Positions 1 through 9,612 of a stretch of DNA of 64,000 nucleotides are shown in pieces. Source of the DNA: Ruminococcus sp. (lineage in GTDB: Bacteria > Bacillota > Clostridia > Oscillospirales > Acutalibacteraceae); NCBI GenBank assembly GCA_045545935.1, contig JAZQBV010000005.1:160112-224111 (forward strand), read 5' to 3'. The position numbers were made by a program, and so were the translations under genes. The notes below the pieces were generated by a model. That model did no database searches. It saw only the letters and a list, made by a program, of their open reading frames with translations, and was not told the DNA's origin. Every line of letters starts with the position of its first letter. Position 1 is the first letter of the stretch.

Positions 1-2881
1 TGCTACTGCTGACCCTCAGTCACAGACTCAAACGGAGGCTTTAGCTACAAAAACTAAACCTACGCAAGCCCCAAAGAACGCATCTAATATGGGCTATGCT
101 AATTATGTAGATTATCTTGAGACTATGTATTATAAGGGCAACCTCGGTGCTACATATACAAAGCAAGAGACTATGTTCAAGCTGTGGTCGCCACTTGCAA
201 GCGATGTCAAGCTCTGTATTTACACCACAGGTACAGATTCTGAGGAAAACGCTCAGATGATATCCAAGACCTCTATGCACTTGGTAGAGCAGTACGGCAC
301 ATGGGTACTCAATTTAAAGGGTGACTATAAAAACAAGTATTACACCTACATAGTTACTGTTAACGGCATAACAAACGAGGTTGTTGACCCTTATGCCAAG
401 GCTGTCGGAGCTAACGGCGACAGAGGTATGATAGTTGACCTTGACTCAACAAACCCAAAGGATTGGGACAAAGACTCATTTGAGCGTGTTGATAGTATCA
501 CAGACGCTGTTATCTGGGAGGTATCTGTCAGAGATTTCTCTGCATCAGCAAGCTCAGGTGTAAGCGAGAAGAATCGTGGCAAATTTTTAGCCTTTACAGA
601 GGAGGGCACAGTAGTTGACTCTGTTGAGGGTGAGCTGTCCACCTGTGTTGACTATCTCAAAGATTTGGGAGTCAACTATGTACAGATTAATCCTTTCTAT
701 GATTTTCATTCAATAGACGAGACCGCCAAGCTTGATTCTCAGTACAACTGGGGTTATGACCCGAAGAACTATAATGTTCCCGAGGGCTCGTATTCATCAG
801 ACCCATATGACGGTAATGTGAGAATTAAAGAGTGCAAACAGATGATTCAGGCATTGCACAAGGCAGGCATCGGCGTCATTATGGATGTAGTTTATAATCA
901 CACATACTTTTCCAAAGAGTCGTGGTTTAATCTTATAGTTCCTGACTATTATTACAGAATCAACGAGTCGGGTGAGTGGTCTAACGGCTCAGGCTGTGGA
1001 AACGATACAGCCTCAGAGCGTATTATGTTCAGAGAGTTTATGAAGAACTCAGTTGTCTACTGGGCAGATGAGTATCACATAGACGGCTTTAGATTTGACC
1101 TTATGGGACTTCACGATGTAGATACTATGAACTACATCAGAGAGAGCCTTGATAAGCTCAAAGACGGCAAGAAGATTCTGATGTACGGTGAAGCGTGGAA
1201 CCTTGATACTTATTGTGACCCTGATGTTATGCTTGCAAATCAGGGCAATATGCATCTTTTGTCTGATAGAATCGCTGCATTCAATGACACTATAAGAGAT
1301 GGTATCAAGGGCAATGTTTTTGAACCTAAGGGCAAGGGCTTTGTCCAAGGTGGCGATGGTCGCTCTAAGGTTAAGTCGGGCATCGAGGGACAGTGCACCT
1401 CAGGCTCGTGGGGGCTTGCTCCTACTCAGTGCATAAACTACGCATCCTGTCACGACAACCTTTCTTTGTACGACAAGCTTGTCACCTCTGTTTATCCTGA
1501 GGAGACCGACTTCAGACTCAGATATGAAGATTTGGTTTCGATGAACAAGCTGTCTGCCGCTATTGTTCTGACTTCACAGGGCACACCGTTTATGATGGCA
1601 GGTGAGGAGATGGCTCGTTCAAAGGACGGCGATGAAAACTCCTACCAGTCACCTGTAGAGCTCAATCAGATAGATTGGAAGAACATCAATCAATACGCAG
1701 ACCTTGTTGATTATTACAAGGGTCTTATCGATATCAGACAGCATGTAGATTTATTCACAGACCCTACTGATGATACAGCAAACTCTATTGCTTATATAGA
1801 TGATGTAGCTGATGGTGTTATAGCATACACCTTAAAAGACGGAGAAAACACTAAGTCAGTAGCTGTTATATTCAATGGCTCAGACAAGGACACTACCGTT
1901 ACCTTGCCATCAGGACTTACTTCCTCTTGGGTTGTTGTTGCTAACGACAAGTGGGCAGGTATCAAGAACTTAGGTGTAGTAGATGATGACAAAATAACCG
2001 TCAAAGCAACATCCTGTGCTATCTTGGTAGATATGGAGAGCTTCCTCTCTTACGATGATATTGACGACAGAGCTACAGTAGTAGTTAATTATAAGGACAA
2101 AGCTACAAACACAGTAGTTTATCAGCAATTACTAAAGGGTGCTGTTGGAGAAAGCTATAGCGTAAAGCATCCGAATTCTCTGTTATATACATATGACATA
2201 ACAAGCGTCAAGGGCTCGCTTGAGGGTGAATTTGATAACAAGTCTAATAACATTACAGTCAATCTCTCAAAGTATGGCGGAGACTTCTCAAGCGTAACAG
2301 TTCGTTTTGTCAACGAGTACGATGAGGATATTGCCGATTCTATCGTTATGACTAATCGTGTCGGTCAGAATTATTGTGTACCTCATATAGCCGGTGTGTA
2401 TGGCTATATGATAGATCTCGAAAATCTCCCGACAAACATCACAGGCAAATACACAAAAGAAGACATAACTGTTACTTTCAAGTATAACAGTATCAGAGTC
2501 TCTGCCGAAGAGCAGGCGGTAGATCCTGAGGCACTCGATAACAAGGTCTGTATTGCAAACATCATATATGTCGGTAGTGACGGCACCGTGCTTGACAAAA
2601 AATCATACATGGGTGACAGGGACACAGAGATTAAGATAGAGTATCTTGAGTTTGACGGATACACCTATGTCTCTGACTCTAACGATATGTATACCTTCTC
2701 GCCGACAGAGACTAATATTATAGTAAATTACGAGAAAAACTCTTACACAACTATAATTGTATTGTCGGTTGTGTTGGCTGTTGTGCTGATTAGCATTTGT
2801 GCGGTTGTTGTGCTCGTATATAAGCGCAAGGGCATCAATGTGTTCAAAAAATCAGACGATGATTTATTTATAGAAGAATAA
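1..2881 (+). CDS. pulA: Type I pullulanase (GH13), membrane-anchored, three MucBP-like repeats; 5' end outside the window
   Basis: YNWGYDP pullulanase motif; catalytic GFRFDLMG, YGEAW and SCHDN motifs; C-terminal hydrophobic helix followed by KRK. The frame is open from base 2 (ATADPQSQTQTEALATKTKPTQAP linker), so the ATG at 89 is internal. Confidence 0.92.
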   Translation, partial: ATADPQSQTQTEALATKTKPTQAPKNASNMGYANYVDYLETMYYKGNLGATYTKQETMFKLWSPLASDVKLCIYTTGTDSEENAQMISKTSMHLVEQYGTWVLNLKGDYKNKYYTYIVTVNGITNEVVDPYAKAVGANGDRGMIVDLDSTNPKDWDKDSFERVDSITDAVIWEVSVRDFSASASSGVSEKNRGKFLAFTEEGTVVDSVEGELSTCVDYLKDLGVNYVQINPFYDFHSIDETAKLDSQYNWGYDPKNYNVPEGSYSSDPYDGNVRIKECKQMIQALHKAGIGVIMDVVYNHTYFSKESWFNLIVPDYYYRINESGEWSNGSGCGNDTASERIMFREFMKNSVVYWADEYHIDGFRFDLMGLHDVDTMNYIRESLDKLKDGKKILMYGEAWNLDTYCDPDVMLANQGNMHLLSDRIAAFNDTIRDGIKGNVFEPKGKGFVQGGDGRSKVKSGIEGQCTSGSWGLAPTQCINYASCHDNLSLYDKLVTSVYPEETDFRLRYEDLVSMNKLSAAIVLTSQGTPFMMAGEEMARSKDGDENSYQSPVELNQIDWKNINQYADLVDYYKGLIDIRQHVDLFTDPTDDTANSIAYIDDVADGVIAYTLKDGENTKSVAVIFNGSDKDTTVTLPSGLTSSWVVVANDKWAGIKNLGVVDDDKITVKATSCAILVDMESFLSYDDIDDRATVVVNYKDKATNTVVYQQLLKGAVGESYSVKHPNSLLYTYDITSVKGSLEGEFDNKSNNITVNLSKYGGDFSSVTVRFVNEYDEDIADSIVMTNRVGQNYCVPHIAGVYGYMIDLENLPTNITGKYTKEDITVTFKYNSIRVSAEEQAVDPEALDNKVCIANIIYVGSDGTVLDKKSYMGDRDTEIKIEYLEFDGYTYVSDSNDMYTFSPTETNIIVNYEKNSYTTIIVLSVVLAVVLISICAVVVLVYKRKGINVFKKSDDDLFIEE

Positions 2882-2905
2882 CCTTTTTCAGAAAAGAGGA
2901 TTTTT

Positions 2906-5900
2906 ATGAAATTTACAAAGAGACTATTCAGCATACTTTTAGTTGCTGTGCTGCTTGCTTCTATTCTGTGCACATCTGTAGCTTCTGCTTTTGCAGCTGA
3001 TACAAAAGCTACTGTCAATGAGTACAGCGAGGCAGCTATGGCGCTTGATGATGAGTACGCATATTCAGGCGAGCTCGGTAGTTTTTACACTCCTGACAGT
3101 ACTGTGTTCAAGGTTTGGGCACCTACTGCTACTAAGGTAGAGCTCAAACTCTACGCTACAGGTAGTGATGACGAGACGGGTGCTGCTGACCTTGGTACCT
3201 TTGCTATGAAGAAGCTGCTTGATGATAAGTCCGAGTTTACCGGTGTGTGGACAACTACAGTAGAGGCTGACTTAAAGAACATTTACTATACATATCGTGT
3301 CACTTCTCCAAAGAGCATCTTAGGCGGAAAGTCTTCAACACGAGAGACTCAGGACATCTATTCCAAGGCTTGTGGTGTCAACAGTAATCGCTCTATGGTT
3401 GTTGACCTTGATTCTACTGACCCTAAGGGTTGGGAGAACGACAAGCACATCTATGTTGATAATCAGTCAGAGGCTATAGTGTGGGAGCTTCAGGTCAAGG
3501 ACTTTTCATATAGCTCAAGCTCTGGTGTAAGCTCAGAAAACCGAGGCAAGTATCTTGCGTTTACTGAGACTGGTACTACTTTGAACAACGAGGGTTCTAT
3601 CTCTACTTGTGTTGATTATCTCAAACAGCTTGGTATCACACACGTACAGATTAACCCGTTCTATGACTTTGGCTCAATAGACGAGTGTGGTGACGACAGT
3701 CAGTTCAACTGGGGCTATGACCCGGTCAACTACGGCGTACCTGAGGGCTCATTCTCGTCAAATCCATATGATGGTAATGTCAGAATCAACGAGTGCAAGC
3801 AGATGATTCAGGCACTCCATAATGCCGGCATCGGTGTTATTATGGACGTTGTTTATAATCACACATATTCTCGTTCATCACCGTTTAACTATATTGTTCC
3901 TGAGTATTACTACAGAATCAAAGCAGACGGCTCGTATTCTAATCAGTCAGGTTGTTCTAACGACACAGCCTCTGAGCGTGCTATGTATCGCAAGTTTATG
4001 CTTGATATGGTTGAGTACTGGACTCAGGAGTATCATATAGACGGTTATCGTTTTGACCTTATGGGTATACACGACTGTGAGACTATGAATCTTATCCGTG
4101 ATATGCTTGACGAAACAGACGAGCGTATTATTATCTACGGCGAGGGCTGGTCAGGCAATACAGCCTTTGACCCGCTTAGCTGTACAGATAGTCCTGTAGT
4201 AGCTTGTATTCAGGGCAATGCCGACAAGGTCTCTGACAGAATAGGCTTTTTCAACGACCAGCTCAGAGATGCCCTAAAGGGTGGTGTTTTTGACGAGGCA
4301 TCATCACCGGGATTCTTGTCGGGTGCTATTTTGTACTCTACAGGTATATCCTATGGTATTCGTGCTAATACATACGGAAAAGGTTGTAATTGGGATGCTA
4401 AGTCTCCTATGCAATGTGTTACATATGCATCCTGTCACGATAATCTATCGTTATACGACAAGTTGGTTGCCATAAACTACGGTGCATCAGCTGACTATCG
4501 TGTGCGTTATTCTGATGTTATAGCTCAGAATAAGTTCTCGAGCGCTATTACTCTGTCATCTCAGGGTATCAACCTGATGCTCGCAGGCGAAGAGATGGGC
4601 AGGTCAAAAGACGGTGACGAAAACTCATACAAGTCTCCTGCAACCCTCAATATGATAGACTGGAATCTTCTGCAGAATAACGCAGATTTGGTCTCATATT
4701 ACAAGGGTATGATAGAGCTCAGAAAGGCTTTCTCTCCATTTACTGCAAGTATTAGTGATGCAAAAGATAATAACTATAATTATTATTTCACATCATCTAT
4801 GGCAACAGGCTCTAATGTTATTATGTACACAGTAGATAATTTCACACAGGGCGAGTGGGACAAGGTCGCTGTACTATTCAATGGCTCTGATGTCGATAGA
4901 AACGCTACATTATCAACTAAGATAGACAAGACTCTGACAGAAGATATGCAGTGGGTTGTTGTTGCTGACTCAAACACAGCAGGAACCGAGAAGCTCTACG
5001 AGACAAGCGGTCTTACATTCAGAGTGCCTGCAAATTCCGCTATCATAGCTGTAGAGAAGAGCACATACGAGGCTAATACAGCAGAGCCTAAGTACTCAAA
5101 GGTTATTGTAAATCATATTTATAGCGAAACAGGCGAAGTCATCAGACAGAACACCCTCCTTGGCAGAGTGGGTGATACATACAGCATTGAGCCTGATTCT
5201 ACAATTCCACTCAAATACGAGCTGTCATCTGTCGAGGGTGATAGCACAGGTGTATTTGCTGAGAATGATATTACTGTAAACTACTATTATGACAGATATA
5301 TCCCGTCATCCTTCCTTGTAGAAAACGGTGATGTTGACGGTGACTCAAAGATTTCTATCCTTGATGCCACAGCTATTCAGCGACATCTTGCAAAGCTTGC
5401 AATACTAAGCGATGAACAGTTAAGCAAAGCTGATTATAACTACGACAGCAAGACTACAATTATCGATGCTACATTTGTGCAGAGATATTTGGCAAAGCTT
5501 GATGTAGCGGTTTGTACTCTTACAGTAAATCACTTAAATAGTGAGAATGATAAGAAAATAGCAAGTCCGTTTACAAAAGAGGTCAGACTTGGTGATGAAT
5601 ATACCACACAGCCACGCTCTAATCCATTCTATGTAGTAGGTGAGTCACCTGCAAATGCGAGCGGTATTGTTAGTGGCAATACAACTGTAGATTACAGATA
5701 TGTTTACACAGCAGATACCGTCAGCGTTCATATCAAGCACAGCGGTGAGCTTACCTTTAATCCGTTCTTGTGGGTTTGGGCAGATAGCGAAGACGGTGCG
5801 CAGTCAGTAGATTGCTTCTCTGCTTGGCCGGGCAAGGAGCTTACCGAATGTGACGAAAACGGCTGGTTTAACGGTACTGTCGACAAGCCTGTCGGTTTTA

Positions 5901-6064
5901 TCTACAACCTTATTGTTAACGATGGCGGTGCTTCTCAGACAACCAACTACGAGGACCTTACAGCAGATGAGATATGGATAGTTATCAACGATGACGAGGT
6001 ATCGGGCTCATCTCCTTGGATATCTATATATTCAGATGCTGACTTAACACAACAGATAGCTTAA
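2906..6064 (+). CDS. pulA: Secreted type I pullulanase: signal peptide, GH13, MucBP-like, dockerin, MucBP-like, CBM26-like
   Basis: Signal peptide MKFTKRLFSILLVAVLL...AFA; FNWGYDP, GYRFDLMG, YGEGW and SCHDN motifs; paired dockerin repeats GDVDGDSKISILDATAIQ and ADYNYDSKTTIIDATFVQ; C-terminal LWVW...AWPG starch-binding-type module. Confidence 0.93.
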   Translation: MKFTKRLFSILLVAVLLASILCTSVASAFAADTKATVNEYSEAAMALDDEYAYSGELGSFYTPDSTVFKVWAPTATKVELKLYATGSDDETGAADLGTFAMKKLLDDKSEFTGVWTTTVEADLKNIYYTYRVTSPKSILGGKSSTRETQDIYSKACGVNSNRSMVVDLDSTDPKGWENDKHIYVDNQSEAIVWELQVKDFSYSSSSGVSSENRGKYLAFTETGTTLNNEGSISTCVDYLKQLGITHVQINPFYDFGSIDECGDDSQFNWGYDPVNYGVPEGSFSSNPYDGNVRINECKQMIQALHNAGIGVIMDVVYNHTYSRSSPFNYIVPEYYYRIKADGSYSNQSGCSNDTASERAMYRKFMLDMVEYWTQEYHIDGYRFDLMGIHDCETMNLIRDMLDETDERIIIYGEGWSGNTAFDPLSCTDSPVVACIQGNADKVSDRIGFFNDQLRDALKGGVFDEASSPGFLSGAILYSTGISYGIRANTYGKGCNWDAKSPMQCVTYASCHDNLSLYDKLVAINYGASADYRVRYSDVIAQNKFSSAITLSSQGINLMLAGEEMGRSKDGDENSYKSPATLNMIDWNLLQNNADLVSYYKGMIELRKAFSPFTASISDAKDNNYNYYFTSSMATGSNVIMYTVDNFTQGEWDKVAVLFNGSDVDRNATLSTKIDKTLTEDMQWVVVADSNTAGTEKLYETSGLTFRVPANSAIIAVEKSTYEANTAEPKYSKVIVNHIYSETGEVIRQNTLLGRVGDTYSIEPDSTIPLKYELSSVEGDSTGVFAENDITVNYYYDRYIPSSFLVENGDVDGDSKISILDATAIQRHLAKLAILSDEQLSKADYNYDSKTTIIDATFVQRYLAKLDVAVCTLTVNHLNSENDKKIASPFTKEVRLGDEYTTQPRSNPFYVVGESPANASGIVSGNTTVDYRYVYTADTVSVHIKHSGELTFNPFLWVWADSEDGAQSVDCFSAWPGKELTECDENGWFNGTVDKPVGFIYNLIVNDGGASQTTNYEDLTADEIWIVINDDEVSGSSPWISIYSDADLTQQIA

Positions 6065-6074
6065 ATATACACAA

Positions 6075-6110
6075 AAACCCCTGAGCAATATTGCTCAGGG
6101 GTTTGTTTTT
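6075..6110. terminator. Bidirectional intrinsic terminator
   Basis: AAACCCCTGAGCAAT/ATTGCTCAGGGGTTT perfect inverted repeat with flanking A and T runs, between convergent genes. Confidence 0.9.
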
Positions 6111-6112
6111 GA

Positions 6113-6670
6113 TTATTTACTTGTAAGCTTTGGTATTTTGTTAAGCGCCTTTAATATTACAAAGCTAAGTGCAACTTCTACTATTGCAAACGGTACGAGC
6201 ACCAGCGCTCTGTAGTATAGAAGCTCTAAGTAGGGGATACCCATAACAGAGCATAGTGCAAGTGTATTGAGCGGTAGTCTGCACAGTATCAGTACTAACG
6301 CAAAGGCACTGACAATTCGTGATATCTTGAGCTCTTTTTCGTACAATACAACACCCAGTATAATTCCCTCAAATATATAGCACAGAGTTATTGTCGGCAT
6401 CAGCGAGAACGCTGTAGGGTTTAATAGTATTATAGCCAGTATATCGCCGACACCCGAAACAATACCTGCGCACACAGGTCCGTACAGATATGCTACTATC
6501 ACTATCGGCAGAAAGGTAAAGCCGATTTTCACAAATGGCAGAAACGACATCGTGAAATTAGAGAACATTCCGAGCACAATCCTGAGTGCAAGCATCATCG
6601 AGCATATACACAGCGGTACAAGTTTCGATAAATTTTGCGAAGATTTTCTGAAAACATCAAAAAAAGACAT
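6113..6670 (-). CDS. folT: ECF transporter S component, folate family
   Basis: 185 aa, about six hydrophobic segments, S-component motif (FLPIVIVAYLYGPVCAGIVSGVGD); THF riboswitch directly upstream. Confidence 0.85.
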   Translation of the reverse strand: MSFFDVFRKSSQNLSKLVPLCICSMMLALRIVLGMFSNFTMSFLPFVKIGFTFLPIVIVAYLYGPVCAGIVSGVGDILAIILLNPTAFSLMPTITLCYIFEGIILGVVLYEKELKISRIVSAFALVLILCRLPLNTLALCSVMGIPYLELLYYRALVLVPFAIVEVALSFVILKALNKIPKLTSK

Positions 6671-6722
6671 AAAAATAACCTCCCTATCTCGTTATCACAT
6701 AGGGAGGTTGTGTCCGTATGCA

Positions 6723-6819
6723 ACAGCGGGATGCAAAGACCGCACCGCAGAGCTTGCTCTTTCGTTTTCTTGGCAACTCCCCGTCCAAGAAACACTTAAC
6801 GCACAGTCTTTTACTCTGT
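6723..6819 (-). ncRNA. THF riboswitch
   Basis: Minus strand reads ACAGAGTA...GCGTTAAGTG...GGGAGTTGCC...AACGAA...GCGGTG...TTGCATCCCGCTGT, matching the THF aptamer consensus; precedes a folate S component. Confidence 0.92.
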
Positions 6820-6829
6820 ATTTTCTAAT

Positions 6830-6857
6830 AGTATATCACATTTTTATGATATGTCAA
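6830..6857 (-). promoter_or_regulatory. SigA promoter of the THF riboswitch-folT unit
   Basis: TTGACA-16-TATACT with extended TG; the -35 overlaps the ribU TGA stop. Confidence 0.75.
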
Positions 6858-7453
6858 TTTTTCGGATGTATTATTTTAGACAGCGGTTTGTATACAAAGG
6901 TTGTGACAGCAGACACAAGTATACCTTTAATTAGGTTAAACGGCGCTACGCAGAATATGCAGAAGGTCAGCGTATTTGTAATAGCAGGTACAATATCCTT
7001 GCCCATCTGAATAATCTGTTCAATAGGCATAAAAGCGGAGTATGCAGGTATCATTACATATGCGTTTACAAATACAGACAGCACTGCCATTATTATTGTA
7101 GATATTGCCATGGCAAATATAGCGTTGCCCTTAGTTTTCTTATACTTGTAGATTATTCCTGCAGGTACTGCAAACGCACAGCCTACTACAAAGTTAGCTA
7201 ACTCTCCGACTCCGCCTGTAGAAGTACCTTTAATTATCAGCTTAATCAGTATTTTAATCGCTTCAATTATCACAGCACTCACAGGGCCTAACGAGAACGA
7301 GCCTATCAGCACAGGTAGCTCTGAGAAGTCAAGCTTATAAAACGGTGGTGCAATAAATGGTAGCGGTATCTCAATGAGCATCAGTACAGCAGACAGAGAC
7401 GCAAGCATTGCTGTCACTACGAGTTTTCTTGTGTTAGTCATTTTGTTGTTCAT
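6854..7453 (-). CDS. ribU: ECF transporter S component, riboflavin (RibU-like)
   Basis: KLDFSELPVLIGSFSLGP and GVGELANF motifs, hydrophobic helices, FMN riboswitch upstream. Start moved to ATG 7453 because the longer ORF runs into the riboswitch leader. Confidence 0.88.
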   Translation of the reverse strand: MNNKMTNTRKLVVTAMLASLSAVLMLIEIPLPFIAPPFYKLDFSELPVLIGSFSLGPVSAVIIEAIKILIKLIIKGTSTGGVGELANFVVGCAFAVPAGIIYKYKKTKGNAIFAMAISTIIMAVLSVFVNAYVMIPAYSAFMPIEQIIQMGKDIVPAITNTLTFCIFCVAPFNLIKGILVSAVTTFVYKPLSKIIHPKN

Positions 7454-7532
7454 ATAATCACCCAAAAAAGTATAACCCCGATGCAAAGTTACATCGGGGT
7501 ATAATGATATATTACAGTATAATGTAGTATAC

Positions 7533-7638
7533 ATCTTCTTTCATCCGGACTATACCGTCGGTTTCGGAATTTCACCGAATCAGCTCTCGCTCGTGGACTA
7601 TACCACCGGTGGGGAGTTTCGCCCCGCCCCGAAGATAT
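7533..7638 (-). ncRNA. FMN riboswitch (RFN element)
   Basis: Minus strand ATCTTCGGGGCGGGGCGAAACTCCCCACCGGTGGTATAGTCCACGA...GATTCGGTGAAATTCCGAAACCGACGGTATAGTCCGGATGAAAGAAGAT; followed by hairpin ACCCCGATG/CATCGGGGT (7476-7500) and a T-run. Confidence 0.96.
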
Positions 7639-7652
7639 TATGTTCTGTGTTT

Positions 7653-7681
7653 TATTGTAGTATTATATGCACGGTTTGTCA
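7653..7681 (-). promoter_or_regulatory. SigA promoter of the FMN riboswitch-ribU unit
   Basis: TTGACA-17-TACAAT; the -35 lies inside the last codons of licD. Confidence 0.7.
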
Positions 7682-8508
7682 AGGTCGAGTGCTACAAGAT
7701 CGTGGTGAGGCACCCGCTTTTCTACAGGAGGTAGCTTCATATAGTCACCAAACGCTATCGACAGATACTCCTTGTATCCTTTCATAACCGGCAGCATAAG
7801 CCCTTCAAATTCAAGGTAAGTCTCTGACTCAAATGCAGATTTTGGATACTTCTTTCTCATATAATATGGACCTGCATACAATTCTGTGCAAAACTCGTGT
7901 TCATCAAAGTCGTACTTTTTGAGCTGCTTTTCAGCAAATTTCCACACCTTAGTTCTGCTCTTGCGACTTTTTACCATTGACAGCATCATACGGCTTATCA
8001 TGGCTCTTAGCTTGCCGTGCTTTTTAGGCACACATTCTGTGACAAACAGCGAGTAGACAAGTGCCCACATATACTGCATATGACGTGCAAATTTTGAGTC
8101 AGGACAGCCATCAATAGGGAAGATATCTGTGACTATGCCGTGTGGTACATCGATGTCTTTTTGGTTTTCTTTGACCATAGTTGCAGACGTGTCAACAAGG
8201 GTTGCAAATGTATTGCCCGTAAACAGCTCACCCTCGTCTGTCTTTAGCATTACAAATCGTGGGTCTTTGACCTGTTCTTTGAACAGCACGAGCATTTTCT
8301 CCCAGTCAGCACGAGGCATAATTATATCTATGTCATCGTCCCACGGTATAAAGCCTTTGTTTCTTACAGCACCAATGACGCATCCGCCAAGCAGATAAAA
8401 CTTAAGCTCGTTTTTCTCACAAAACTCTTTGAAAAACAGCAGAGACTCAAGCTCTTTTAGCTGTAATTTTCTTAGAGTATCGTTATCGATTTTAATAATA
8501 TCAGCCAT
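7663..8508 (-). CDS. licD: LicD-family phosphotransferase
   Basis: GGCVIGAVRNKGFIPWDDDIDI signature and C-terminal YLSIAFGDYM motif. Confidence 0.88.
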   Translation of the reverse strand: MADIIKIDNDTLRKLQLKELESLLFFKEFCEKNELKFYLLGGCVIGAVRNKGFIPWDDDIDIIMPRADWEKMLVLFKEQVKDPRFVMLKTDEGELFTGNTFATLVDTSATMVKENQKDIDVPHGIVTDIFPIDGCPDSKFARHMQYMWALVYSLFVTECVPKKHGKLRAMISRMMLSMVKSRKSRTKVWKFAEKQLKKYDFDEHEFCTELYAGPYYMRKKYPKSAFESETYLEFEGLMLPVMKGYKEYLSIAFGDYMKLPPVEKRVPHHDLVALDLDKPCI

Positions 8509-8511
8509 ATA

Positions 8512-9612
8512 TTACACCAAATTACCTTTTACGGTATTTTTCTTGATAGCATCTTTGACCATCTGTATTCTTCTTTCAGATGTGTCATCGAGATTTTTTC
8601 TCCAAAACGGCATCTTGATAAGACCCACTAATGTGCCTATACCATAGCTAATGTGGAGTATAGGGAAGATGAACGGTAACAATAAAAATTTGATATTAGG
8701 CTTTTTGAGTACCAGACAGCCTACTGTGTTAACAAGGTTGAACATAGTATACATAGCTGTAAGTATAGCAAAGAACACAGGGTTCCACACCACCCACAGT
8801 AGTATGCTCAGCAGTAGGGCGATTACAAACACGAATGGTATAAAGTGAAAGTAATTCAGACACTTAGGACATACACCAACTGTCAGTCCTATCCAGTATC
8901 CGTTGCCGTATTTCTGCTTTATCATTTTGCGCAGAGTGTTTCTGGTGTGCTGAAAAGATATTATTTCTGGACAACAGCAGAATTTGTAGCCTGCCATTCT
9001 CATTCTGTAGTGAAGCTCGTTGTCCTCAGTTCTGCCAAGGTCCTCGTTAAATCCACCGACTTTTTCAAAAACCTCACGCTTGTATGCAGCGTGAAACAGC
9101 GAGTCGTGGTATTCCTTTTGTGCAGGAGCACGTCTGTAGTCGGCAACAGATGAGCCAAACAGCGACTCTTCTGCCGCAAGCAGAGTGAACTTCCACGATG
9201 ACATTCCGTCTGTAGTGTTTGGTCTGCCACCACCTACAATGTCCTCGCCTTCGTTGATGTTAAATACATTTTTTGCCACAAAGTGTCTCGGTATTTTTGA
9301 GTGAGCGTCTACTCTTATGATGATATCACCCGTAGCGTGCAGCAGAGCCTCGTTCCAGGCAGTAGCCTGATTTTTGTTTGTGCTGTCAACTATAACGACA
9401 CGCTCAAAACCATAGTCTGTATTTTTGAATTCTTCCATCATCTTCTTAGTATTATCGGTTGAAGCATTATCAACAAGGATGATTTCGATTTTATCATGAG
9501 GATAGCTCTGTTCAGAAAAATCTCTGAATAGTCCGTTGAGTACGGCTTCTTCGTTGTATGCAATAGTGCATAGCGAAACCCTCAGATCCTCTTGTGTACT
9601 AAAATAATTCAT
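8512..9612 (-). CDS. Glycosyltransferase family 2 with C-terminal membrane helices
   Basis: IAYNEE, VDNAS, RVDAH and RTED GT-A motifs followed by hydrophobic segments. Confidence 0.88.
   Translation of the reverse strand: MNYFSTQEDLRVSLCTIAYNEEAVLNGLFRDFSEQSYPHDKIEIILVDNASTDNTKKMMEEFKNTDYGFERVVIVDSTNKNQATAWNEALLHATGDIIIRVDAHSKIPRHFVAKNVFNINEGEDIVGGGRPNTTDGMSSWKFTLLAAEESLFGSSVADYRRAPAQKEYHDSLFHAAYKREVFEKVGGFNEDLGRTEDNELHYRMRMAGYKFCCCPEIISFQHTRNTLRKMIKQKYGNGYWIGLTVGVCPKCLNYFHFIPFVFVIALLLSILLWVVWNPVFFAILTAMYTMFNLVNTVGCLVLKKPNIKFLLLPFIFPILHISYGIGTLVGLIKMPFWRKNLDDTSERRIQMVKDAIKKNTVKGNLV

Noticed and set aside
6552-7010. 152-aa plus-strand ORF across folT, the THF riboswitch and ribU
   Set aside because: Antisense to two genes and a riboswitch; no plausible product.
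7454-7534. N-terminal extension of ribU, and similar extensions of pflB (19231), the P-type ATPase (59972) and ntpB (43352)
   Set aside because: They run into riboswitch leaders or upstream genes; downstream ATGs have proper RBS.
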